In this document: positions 26,968 to 34,744 of the stretch, piece by piece
Position numbering within the stretch: position 1 is the first letter of the stretch
How the letters are laid out: the number at the start of each line of letters is the position of its first letter
Virus record (IMG/VR): IMGVR_UViG_3300028843_000092
Location: 1 to 43,808 of that record
Reading direction: 5' to 3' (one strand)
DNA: 43,808 nt
DNA from: a virus
Lineage: Duplodnaviria; Caudoviricetes
Notes under the pieces: generated by a model
The model's input: only the letters and a program-made list of their open reading frames with translations
Database searches by the model: none
Told to the model about the DNA's origin: nothing
Position numbers and translations under genes: made by a program

Positions 26968-27432
26968 TCATATCTTTTGCTCATAGCACGGGCAATCTGT
27001 GGCGATACTTGTATCCTTTAACCAAATTTCGCTACAGGGGCTCGCAGAAGCAGGCAGTTCGGCAGATAATGCCCACTCACAAGTATCACCGCTATCGCTA
27101 ACTAAGCTGTAAAATTTGCAGGATCGGCAGGTCTTTTGGTTGAGTATCTCCCTTGCCTCAGCAATTACGTTCTCAAACACATCGCTAATGTAACAGTCGA
27201 ACTCGTCAACAATAGCCTGCAACGCCTCCCGCAGTTCTGCATTAGTAGCTGTCCCGTCGTCTTGCGGTGTAGCGTTGTCAACTGCCGTTAGTATCTGATC
27301 CAGCACCGGTCCACCGATGTAAATATCACTGTCGCCCGTTGCTGTCTCTACTTCCCATGTCCCACGCGGCTTTCTTGTGACTGTCCACCCGTCCAGCCCG
27401 TGCACAATCAACCCGTTCGTTTTTGTCTTCAT
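26968..27432 (-). CDS. Hypothetical protein with C-terminal CxxC...C...C domain
   Basis: AAGGAG RBS; TGATG coupling to the RNA ligase. Confidence 0.7.
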   Translation of the reverse strand: MKTKTNGLIVHGLDGWTVTRKPRGTWEVETATGDSDIYIGGPVLDQILTAVDNATPQDDGTATNAELREALQAIVDEFDCYISDVFENVIAEAREILNQKTCRSCKFYSLVSDSGDTCEWALSAELPASASPCSEIWLKDTSIATDCPCYEQKI

Positions 27433-28379
27433 CACAATATCTCCTTCGAAAAGAACCATTCCCGCCCACGGATAGACATCGGATTACCAACATCCTTCAT
27501 CGTCAGGCCGCTCGCCTCCAGCACGTCAGATTCCTCCTTCACCACGTCCGTCGATACCCACTTGAGGAACGCGCTAAGATACTTCCGGTCTGCATCGCCG
27601 CCGCACACCTCGGCCAAGCCCTGCTGCAAGCGCTGCTCAGTCACTGCGTATTCAAGGAACTTCTGCACGCTGGCGACCTTCTCAGGGTCCACTTGCGCCA
27701 GCTTCTTGACCTTGCTGACAGAATGCTTCTCGCCCTTGACCTTGAACATGAGAAGCTGACCGTCATCGGTCAGGTGTCTCCATACGATGCCCTCTCCAAC
27801 GCCCTCGATGCCGAGCGCATGGCCGACCGGGCATTGTGCTTCTACCGCCTCGGTCAACTCGACCAGTTTGTTTTGGCTGGCTTCGGGGTGGGCGAAGTCG
27901 ATGTCTATCTCAGCTAAGCCAAAGTCCTCGGATACTCGAAATACCTCTCCGGAGTTTACGCCTGCACCTTGATATATCTCCGGCAACCAGTTCACGGTCC
28001 CGTCACCATGCCCCATAGCGGCCTCGAACAGGTAGAAGAACCTATCAACTGCGTTGACCGCAACCCTCCTCTGTATCCCGCGCCCGGCAAACTCACCGAA
28101 CAACACAACATCGCATCCGACCCTCACAAACTGTGAGAGATCCACTCCGCTGTCTCTCACCCAAGCAGCAAATCCTAGATTATCATCGTCTACCGTGATA
28201 ATCCGACTGCGTGACTGGCAATGGTACGACCCGTCAGGATGGACAACGATAGCCGCATTGGTGCCATGCACCTTTACGGTGCCGGTGAACGTCAGCTTTG
28301 CGGCTGGGTCGAAGTGCCACACGTCTTTGACGATGTTGCGGAACTGGCCGATTGATGGGAATTTGTAAAACACATTCAT
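27432..28379 (-). CDS. RNA ligase, Rnl2-like nucleotidyltransferase
   Basis: Motif I KVHGTN, FGEFAG, GEGIVW, FKVKG; start moved to ATG 28379. Confidence 0.85.
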   Translation of the reverse strand: MNVFYKFPSIGQFRNIVKDVWHFDPAAKLTFTGTVKVHGTNAAIVVHPDGSYHCQSRSRIITVDDDNLGFAAWVRDSGVDLSQFVRVGCDVVLFGEFAGRGIQRRVAVNAVDRFFYLFEAAMGHGDGTVNWLPEIYQGAGVNSGEVFRVSEDFGLAEIDIDFAHPEASQNKLVELTEAVEAQCPVGHALGIEGVGEGIVWRHLTDDGQLLMFKVKGEKHSVSKVKKLAQVDPEKVASVQKFLEYAVTEQRLQQGLAEVCGGDADRKYLSAFLKWVSTDVVKEESDVLEASGLTMKDVGNPMSIRGREWFFSKEIL

Positions 28380-28392
28380 CACAACAACTCTG

Positions 28393-28707
28393 TTAGTAGT
28401 CAACTCGCCTGTCTCTGACGACAGGCATATCCAAAAACATCTTTCCCATAGCCGTAACAGGCGTGAACTCTCGCTTCTCAACAACCCTCGGCTGCCTGCT
28501 GCCTTTGCTGGCGCTGCCGGAGCATGACCGGTTACAGTAGAGCCGCGCCCTGAATTGGGCGTTGCCCTCCTGCTTCGTCTTGCCTCGCCGCGGCCTCGGA
28601 ATCAGCTTTTTGCCGCAAGCCAAGCACGGTGGTTTTTCTGCGATCAGCCTCGCCCGGCGCGCTTCTGCTTCCAGCCTCGCCCGGCGCGCTTCTGCTTCAG
28701 TTTTCAT
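28393..28707 (-). CDS. Basic zinc-finger protein (CLACG...YCNRSC)
   Basis: GAGG RBS before ATG 28707; Arg-rich. Confidence 0.65.
   Translation of the reverse strand: MKTEAEARRARLEAEARRARLIAEKPPCLACGKKLIPRPRRGKTKQEGNAQFRARLYCNRSCSGSASKGSRQPRVVEKREFTPVTAMGKMFLDMPVVRDRRVDY
28645..28698. repeat. 27-bp perfect tandem duplication encoding EAEARRARL x2
   Basis: CAGCCTCGCCCGGCGCGCTTCTGCTTC twice. Confidence 0.92.
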
Positions 28708-29113
28708 CAACTGGCACCTCAAACGGCAGCCACGGTCCAGTCTGCCCGTCGCTGCCGATGGTGCGGCGGAGGTATTTGTACATTTCGTAAACATACCCGT
28801 ACAACGACGGGTTAACTGCACCGTCGGGTAGATCGCGCGTCTTGACCTGATGGCCATTCGCACCGTCGTTGTATGCCCAGCCTAAAGCCCCGGCTCTCGT
28901 CATAAGCCGCATATTCGGGGCGTCGTCAATGTCTTCGCAGTGGTCCCAGCAAAGCCATTGTCCGCTGTTGCCAAGCAACTCAATCCATAGATTGGCCCCA
29001 CAAGCTGCTATTGCCCCACCATCACATTCAGCAAGCACAATCCGACGCTGTTTAACGCCGTCCCTTCTGTTCCAAACCCACATCACGCGGGGTAGTGTTT
29101 TATCGCTGCTCAT
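28697..29113 (-). CDS. Hypothetical protein
   Basis: AGGAG RBS; overlaps both neighbours. Confidence 0.7.
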   Translation of the reverse strand: MSSDKTLPRVMWVWNRRDGVKQRRIVLAECDGGAIAACGANLWIELLGNSGQWLCWDHCEDIDDAPNMRLMTRAGALGWAYNDGANGHQVKTRDLPDGAVNPSLYGYVYEMYKYLRRTIGSDGQTGPWLPFEVPVDEN

Positions 29114-29282
29114 CAATTATCTCCTGTGCGCGTTTCCACGCTTTGTGCGCCTCAATGTCGGCGCGGTTTTCGGCCTGCTCGCGGCGGTGTGCAAGGCATA
29201 TCGCCGCGAAGTACACCACGGTTCCGATGCCCACGGTTCCGACTGCAAGCCATGTAAAACAGTAAAGTAGTTGTTCGCTCAT
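29100..29282 (-). CDS. Small single-TM protein
   Basis: Hydrophobic N-terminal half, charged tail. Confidence 0.6.
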   Translation of the reverse strand: MSEQLLYCFTWLAVGTVGIGTVVYFAAICLAHRREQAENRADIEAHKAWKRAQEIIDEQR

Positions 29283-29428
29283 TAATTTTTACACCGTGCC
29301 TGCGCTTGGCTAGCCGTCTTCAATCTCCTGCAGCAGTTCGTGCAGGCGTTCTTTTGGTGCACCACGTGCCAAATAAGTCGGCGGCGAGCAAGACGAGCAG
29401 GCAATACATTGGGTCTTCGGGGGTTCAT
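29282..29428 (-). CDS. 48-aa Arg/Cys-rich peptide
   Basis: Manual translation MNPRRPNVLPARLARRRLIW...CTNCCRR; GAGGAG RBS; TAATG coupling. Confidence 0.55.
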   Translation of the reverse strand: MNPRRPNVLPARLARRRLIWHVVHQKNACTNCCRRLKTASQAQARCKN

Positions 29429-29439
29429 GGTTCTCTCCT

Positions 29440-30654
29440 CTAAATATCCAGCTTATTATAGACCCGCTTAATGCGGGGCAAGAATAGGCTACTATAGGCG
29501 GCCCCCTCTGCTTTGACCACGTCATTGTAGCTTACCTCTACGGTCTTTCCGATATAATCGCCAGGTTGCCTAGCTCTGTCGAAGTCCGAAAGGCCAGAGC
29601 CCACGTTCACCGTAACCTCTTTTGTTTCTACTCTGCCGATACACTCAAGAGCCCCTATCATTCCAGCGTACTTTCCCTTACCTTCGGTGACTCCTGAGAC
29701 CACCATCATGGCATCTTTGATAGCCTTACGCTTAATCAATCTGTCAGACCGTTTCCACACATAGGGGTCGTCGGGGTAGCGAAGGATAAGCCCCTCCCAA
29801 CCGGTGGACAAAGCTGCGTCAAACATGTCAGTCACTTGATCATCGTTGTGCACGGCGGTCTGTGCAGCTATCTGAATGACTCCACCAGCCACTGCATATG
29901 CCGCGGCCAGCCTGTCGACGTATCCCATGCTGCTCTCTTGATTATCCCACGAATTCAGTGGAACCCAATCGAACACCACGTAAGAGTAGCCGTCAAAGTC
30001 ATTCAGACCTCCCTTGAGGACCTTGTTAACCCAGCCTGTGATGCGAGTCCTCCCTTCCTGATGCCCCTCACCCCAGACGAGCTCACCGTCATAGACTCCA
30101 TCAGGAGCTCCTGCGAAGCCCTCTACGAGCGATTCGAGAGGGAAGGACTTACCCGCCCTAGTCATCGCCGACGGGACCCCCTGAGAGACTCTGACGAGGA
30201 TACGGACCCCGTCATATTTGATTGAGGCGAGGAGTGGGTACCTCACATCTTTGACTTCTTTGGCCAGCATGAGAGGATAGGTCTTGATTAACCCAGGCAT
30301 TATCTTGTTCAAGGTGGTGATGTTGACACCAGCTTTGAGAGAGCCGTCCAGGATGATGCGGAACATCTCGCCATGTTCTTGTGAGGCCTCCATGGCGAAG
30401 CGCCTGGCCGTGTTACCTGAGAGACTCGACCTAGTAAGCTTTAAGGCATCAATCAAGACTTGTTGAGGGTCGGCCTGCAGTCTGAAAGTGCTGTCTTTCG
30501 GGGCCGAGACACCGTAGTTGATGCCAGTATCGTAGACCGCCGACAAGAATGCCCGCCACTCCGCATTGCCAGCATGGAGCTTCAGGATATTCTCTTTGTG
30601 TAATCTGCTGTTGGACATGCGTAGCGCATGAACAATCTTCATTATGTCAGTCAC
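29440..30654 (-). CDS. ATP-dependent DNA ligase
   Basis: KYDGVR, YDGEL, VFD, WEGLILR, VGSG, SLFLP. Confidence 0.95.
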   Translation of the reverse strand: MTDIMKIVHALRMSNSRLHKENILKLHAGNAEWRAFLSAVYDTGINYGVSAPKDSTFRLQADPQQVLIDALKLTRSSLSGNTARRFAMEASQEHGEMFRIILDGSLKAGVNITTLNKIMPGLIKTYPLMLAKEVKDVRYPLLASIKYDGVRILVRVSQGVPSAMTRAGKSFPLESLVEGFAGAPDGVYDGELVWGEGHQEGRTRITGWVNKVLKGGLNDFDGYSYVVFDWVPLNSWDNQESSMGYVDRLAAAYAVAGGVIQIAAQTAVHNDDQVTDMFDAALSTGWEGLILRYPDDPYVWKRSDRLIKRKAIKDAMMVVSGVTEGKGKYAGMIGALECIGRVETKEVTVNVGSGLSDFDRARQPGDYIGKTVEVSYNDVVKAEGAAYSSLFLPRIKRVYNKLDI

Positions 30655-32065
30655 TTTGTATTCTCCTCATTAGGTTAAGACTAGCTTTATCCCACAGGAT
30701 AGGCTGACCGTGCGCATTCAGCGATGTGTTAATGGCGATGCCATTCACTCGGCCAACAATATCAGGATTCGTGTGTTCATCCATTACTTGTAATCTGCCT
30801 GTGTATACTCCTCTCTCATTGTCGATGTGAGCTGCTCCCAACCACTCGTGCCTTGGCTCGATGTAGTCAAGTGAAGCTACCATAAAGTGTTTACATTTGC
30901 CTAGCTTACCATAATCGGCGAAGTACTTTCTAGCGAACTCCTCGGTGACGATAGGAGCCATCGGCATTACCGCTGAACGTTTGTTTAGCTTATTGATTCG
31001 AGCCACGTTCTCCAGAGTAGGTGATGCTATGGTGGAGGTATTGCCAAGAGCTCTAGGGCCAAACTCCATGGGACCGGCCATGACTTCAGACCAGTGCGCC
31101 AAGTCCTGACAGTACGTTACATCACGTGGTCCCCAGAATACGTGGTCGTACCTGACGTCAACCATGCCCAGAGCACAGCCTTGGTCACCGCTCAATGGAT
31201 TAGCCTCGAACGAATCCACCGAGTCTAAACGTATCAGAGCATTGTTCAACTTCACATTGTAGAAGACTCCACCGCTCACTTTGAGTTTGTGAGCTCCATC
31301 AGCAAATGATAGCACTGCTCTTTCAAGGAGGAACTGCACGAACTGGCTAAGCTCTACTCGGTCGCACCTCGCTCTGCTGAAGATGCGATACCAGTGTTCT
31401 CTCGCTTTTTGCAGGACAGCTCTCATATCGCATGCTTCCTTAGGTTCTCCTACCTGGTTGAGAGCTGCAATCTGCTGGTCGCTGACCCGAGTAGCCATGT
31501 CTACGTCAAACTTTCTCAGAGAGAGCTGTTCATAGCCGAGGAGTTTATACTCGTCTCGGTTCTCGTGCATGCCTAAGAACGAGGTAGCATATTGGTACAT
31601 CAAACCGAGAGACCACTCGGTGGAAAAGCTTCGATGCGACAGCTCTCCATCCTGATAGAGCGACAAGCATTCTCCATTGCTCCCGAAGCCGTCGGCTACG
31701 ATAGTCAGACCAGAGTAGGCACCGTCGCAGAAGTTCCAGACACTCATTGCATGAGCATCGTGGTGAGTCAGAGATTCGTGCAATGAGTGGATACGAGCTT
31801 CTCGAAAGTTAACCGAGAGAAACCGTAGGTCAAGGAAGATACTGTTCTTGAGCTCGAAGTCCCAGAACCAATGGCTGATATAGATGGCAGTCACTCTGGA
31901 CCTAGCCGATGGGAATAGACGCAGTAACTGATTGATAGCTAGAACTGGGAAGTGCTTATCAGACTTGACGTATGACAGTCTTTCCTCCTCGTAGCCAGCT
32001 ACAATCACCCCCTTATCAATGAGAATGGCCGAGGCATTATGCCCCAAAGTCAGCAGTAGTTTCAC
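30647..32065 (-). CDS. Carbamoyltransferase (NodU/CmcH/TobZ family)
   Basis: GHNASA, EEERL...K, HHDAHA, DGFG, SLG..Y, EYKLLG, SGGV.YNV..N, GDQG, MEFGPRALGN, NTSLN.HG.P. Confidence 0.93.
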   Translation of the reverse strand: MKLLLTLGHNASAILIDKGVIVAGYEEERLSYVKSDKHFPVLAINQLLRLFPSARSRVTAIYISHWFWDFELKNSIFLDLRFLSVNFREARIHSLHESLTHHDAHAMSVWNFCDGAYSGLTIVADGFGSNGECLSLYQDGELSHRSFSTEWSLGLMYQYATSFLGMHENRDEYKLLGYEQLSLRKFDVDMATRVSDQQIAALNQVGEPKEACDMRAVLQKAREHWYRIFSRARCDRVELSQFVQFLLERAVLSFADGAHKLKVSGGVFYNVKLNNALIRLDSVDSFEANPLSGDQGCALGMVDVRYDHVFWGPRDVTYCQDLAHWSEVMAGPMEFGPRALGNTSTIASPTLENVARINKLNKRSAVMPMAPIVTEEFARKYFADYGKLGKCKHFMVASLDYIEPRHEWLGAAHIDNERGVYTGRLQVMDEHTNPDIVGRVNGIAINTSLNAHGQPILWDKASLNLMRRIQSD

Positions 32066-32738
32066 TGAATATCTCCTTTAGGCCTTTCCAATGACGGGAG
32101 TAAAGATGCAGAGTTGAGACATTCCAGACTATCTTCCCTGGCACAACCCCAACTGCTTGTGCAATCTTGGTGAGCATATGAATCTGCCAGCTGAGGTCAG
32201 CCCCGATGAGGCCGTACCTAACATCGTTAGACCTCATGTGAACATCAGCATGTAGCACCCCGTCTCGTTGCAGGTAAGCGACAAAGCAGGTACAGATGCT
32301 ATCCTTACCTGAGGTGAAGTGCATCATGGGGTTGGTGTAGTAAGCCACGGCTCTCTTGGTGTCAGGATTGGCCGCTAGTTTCGATACGACATTGTCGTAC
32401 TGATATCCATTCTGAGGTGAGAACATTAGGAATCCATAGTTTGAATTCACCATCCCTCGGTGGTCAGCTATAATGCCCCATGTCGAAGCACTCTCGGCAA
32501 TCTTGGTGGCATTAGGATTCTGACTGTAATACCAATTCATCTCTGCTTCCACATAGCTCCTGGAAGTCTTATAGATGCCGTCAATATCGATGAACCCCAT
32601 GCCTTCGGCGGTGAACTCGCACTGAAAGAAAAGGAGCTCAACCACTCGCTTACTCCCCTCGGCCACTATCTCGCCATTCATTAACTTGGCGTGAAGTGGC
32701 CTGAGTATCTGCTCTTTAATGATTTCTTCGTTAGTCAT
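32037..32738 (-). CDS. Thymidylate synthase-fold enzyme, probable dCMP hydroxymethyltransferase
   Basis: VNSNYG, NPDTKRA, catalytic DSICT, MRSNDVRYG...D..WQ (Asp at the specificity position, as in T4 gp42), LHLY.RH; start ATG 32738. Confidence 0.88.
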   Translation of the reverse strand: MTNEEIIKEQILRPLHAKLMNGEIVAEGSKRVVELLFFQCEFTAEGMGFIDIDGIYKTSRSYVEAEMNWYYSQNPNATKIAESASTWGIIADHRGMVNSNYGFLMFSPQNGYQYDNVVSKLAANPDTKRAVAYYTNPMMHFTSGKDSICTCFVAYLQRDGVLHADVHMRSNDVRYGLIGADLSWQIHMLTKIAQAVGVVPGKIVWNVSTLHLYSRHWKGLKEIFSETTADFGA

Positions 32739-33009
32739 GAGCTTCGTCCTCGCCGCTCTGTTCCATCCACTCCTGAAGTCGGTAAGCATAGCCCTGAATG
32801 TCAACGATGTTGTCAAGCAGCGAGAAGTCACCGCAGACAGCACGACTCATCTTCTGCAATATCATGTGGAACACCTCTTTATGAATGTCAGGCATCAGGT
32901 CATAATTCGGCTGAGCCTTGAGAATCTTCTCCATCTGCTGAGTCGCTTCAGCATTACACTCCAAGGTGCCGTACACCGACCGCTGTTCAACCACTTCTTT
33001 AATATTCAT
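32731..33009 (-). CDS. Small helical protein, DUF6378-like
   Basis: R...YG, MI..K.SR...GD....DN..DI.GYA pattern. Confidence 0.7.
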   Translation of the reverse strand: MNIKEVVEQRSVYGTLECNAEATQQMEKILKAQPNYDLMPDIHKEVFHMILQKMSRAVCGDFSLLDNIVDIQGYAYRLQEWMEQSGEDEAHD

Positions 33010-34744
33010 CGGGCCATAGTCCTCTTTCTTTCAGTTCGGCATCAGTCTCGTCGACACCGGGATAAACCTGAGCTAACTTAGCTTCAGGAGGCATCGGTAG
33101 GTCAGGGATAGCTGAGTACTGTACCACATATTCCCATGCATCTACCATACATTCATTCAATCGCGGTAGCCACTTAGCAGCTTCTTCATCAGGCTGTAAT
33201 AATGTGATAGAGTCATGCACTACATTCACTATGCCTGGGCCACCGTACCTCTCATAAAGGTAATGCACTGCATACTTGGTAACCTCTGCGGCTGACCCCT
33301 GAATGGGGTAGTTGAAAGTATCGTTTATTCTAGATGCTCTCAAAGTTCTGCCTAATAAAGTCTTGGTATCTATATAACCATATACTTGCATTACTCTACG
33401 ATGCATATTGTGCCACTCTTTGAAGTAGTGATACAACTCAAACCACCGCTTGCTGATTTCTATCACCTGCTCAAGCTCCATCAGGATTCGGCCCTTCGCC
33501 TGCAATTGGTTCTGCAGTTCCACTGGCCCAGCCCCGTAGGCATTAGAGAAGGTGAACACCTTGGTGCACCACCTCTGCTGCTTGGTTAAGCCCTCTTCGG
33601 TGGTGTCGAAGATAAAGGCACCTGTATAGGTATGCATATCTACCCCTTCCTTCATCAATCTGGCCATGGTAGGCTCGCCGACATAGGCCGTTACTGTTCG
33701 GAGTTCAAGGCCAGCGTAATCACTATAGACTAGCTTGGAGCCTCGCGGTGCCTGGAACACGGGGTAGAGAGTTCTTGCAGGATTCTGTAGGTTATCATAG
33801 CCTATCCTATCTCCGCCTGAGCAAGTCATCCTAGAGGTTCGAGCCCCGCAAGAGTTATGGAAGGCTCTCATCACTGGCCTATCGTACTTCTCTATGAACT
33901 GCAAGGCCTTCTCAGCCTGTCTAGATTTAACCAGATGCTCTGCATCCGTGTTACCCTTGAGGGCCATGGTCCCGATGGTGTATGCGGCACTATCAGTTGT
34001 CCCTAGCCATTCACAACACTGCTTAGATGAGTTGATGTTGACAGGGACATGAGCCAGATTGGTCTCTAGCTTAGTCAGCATCTCTCGCCTTAGGATAGCC
34101 ACAGCCTTCTCAGACACTGGCATACCCTTCCTATCGTACTGAGTGGCGTACCTCATATTGTCGTGGTCCAACCGGCAGGGCTCGTCCATGCCATGCTTTA
34201 CCTTCTCGTAGAGTATAGCGAGATAAAGTACATCAGCGGCAGCATAATCAAGCTGCTCGGGAGATAGAGCCTTGCCCCAGTCTGACTTCTGCTGCGTCTT
34301 CTTGTCGATGCTCCTGATAAAGTCGTCTTCTGCACCGCACCACCGCAAACAATCGTAGAAGCCGAAATTGTCTCTGCAGGTATACACTGCCTTCGAGAGG
34401 TAGAAGGTATCAGAGACTTCTCTTGGATACCAATGCTCAGGGGTGTGGCAGTTGATGGTATGAAGGTCATAGCTGGCATTATGGTAGACATGATGCAGAT
34501 GCTCTACCTTAGCCAGTACATCCGCAAGATCCACGAAGTAGCAGTCCACCAGATAAGCAAACTTCTTATCAGTCTGGTAGAACTGATAGAGCCTGACCTT
34601 TCCGTACAATCCTCCCGGCTTCTTACTGAGGTCAGTGGCCCCGTAGTCTCGGCAGGTTTCAGTGTCACAAAACAGAGGCAAGTCAGGGTCAAACTGTATT
34701 GCATCCCATTCTTCTAAATCTCTAATTAGCTTATAAGGCATCAT
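32999..34744 (-). CDS. polA: DNA polymerase family A with 3'-5' exonuclease
   Basis: Exonuclease DTET, HNASYD, YAAAD; motif A DYAGLELR; motif B R...K...F...YG; IQGSAA; motif C VHDS. Confidence 0.95.
   Translation of the reverse strand: MMPYKLIRDLEEWDAIQFDPDLPLFCDTETCRDYGATDLSKKPGGLYGKVRLYQFYQTDKKFAYLVDCYFVDLADVLAKVEHLHHVYHNASYDLHTINCHTPEHWYPREVSDTFYLSKAVYTCRDNFGFYDCLRWCGAEDDFIRSIDKKTQQKSDWGKALSPEQLDYAAADVLYLAILYEKVKHGMDEPCRLDHDNMRYATQYDRKGMPVSEKAVAILRREMLTKLETNLAHVPVNINSSKQCCEWLGTTDSAAYTIGTMALKGNTDAEHLVKSRQAEKALQFIEKYDRPVMRAFHNSCGARTSRMTCSGGDRIGYDNLQNPARTLYPVFQAPRGSKLVYSDYAGLELRTVTAYVGEPTMARLMKEGVDMHTYTGAFIFDTTEEGLTKQQRWCTKVFTFSNAYGAGPVELQNQLQAKGRILMELEQVIEISKRWFELYHYFKEWHNMHRRVMQVYGYIDTKTLLGRTLRASRINDTFNYPIQGSAAEVTKYAVHYLYERYGGPGIVNVVHDSITLLQPDEEAAKWLPRLNECMVDAWEYVVQYSAIPDLPMPPEAKLAQVYPGVDETDAELKERGLWPDEY

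Noticed and set aside
32037-32738. Ordinary ThyA thymidylate synthase
   Set aside because: It lacks the PFN-type Asn motif, has Asp and T4 gp42-like flanking motifs, and overlaps a carbamoyltransferase.
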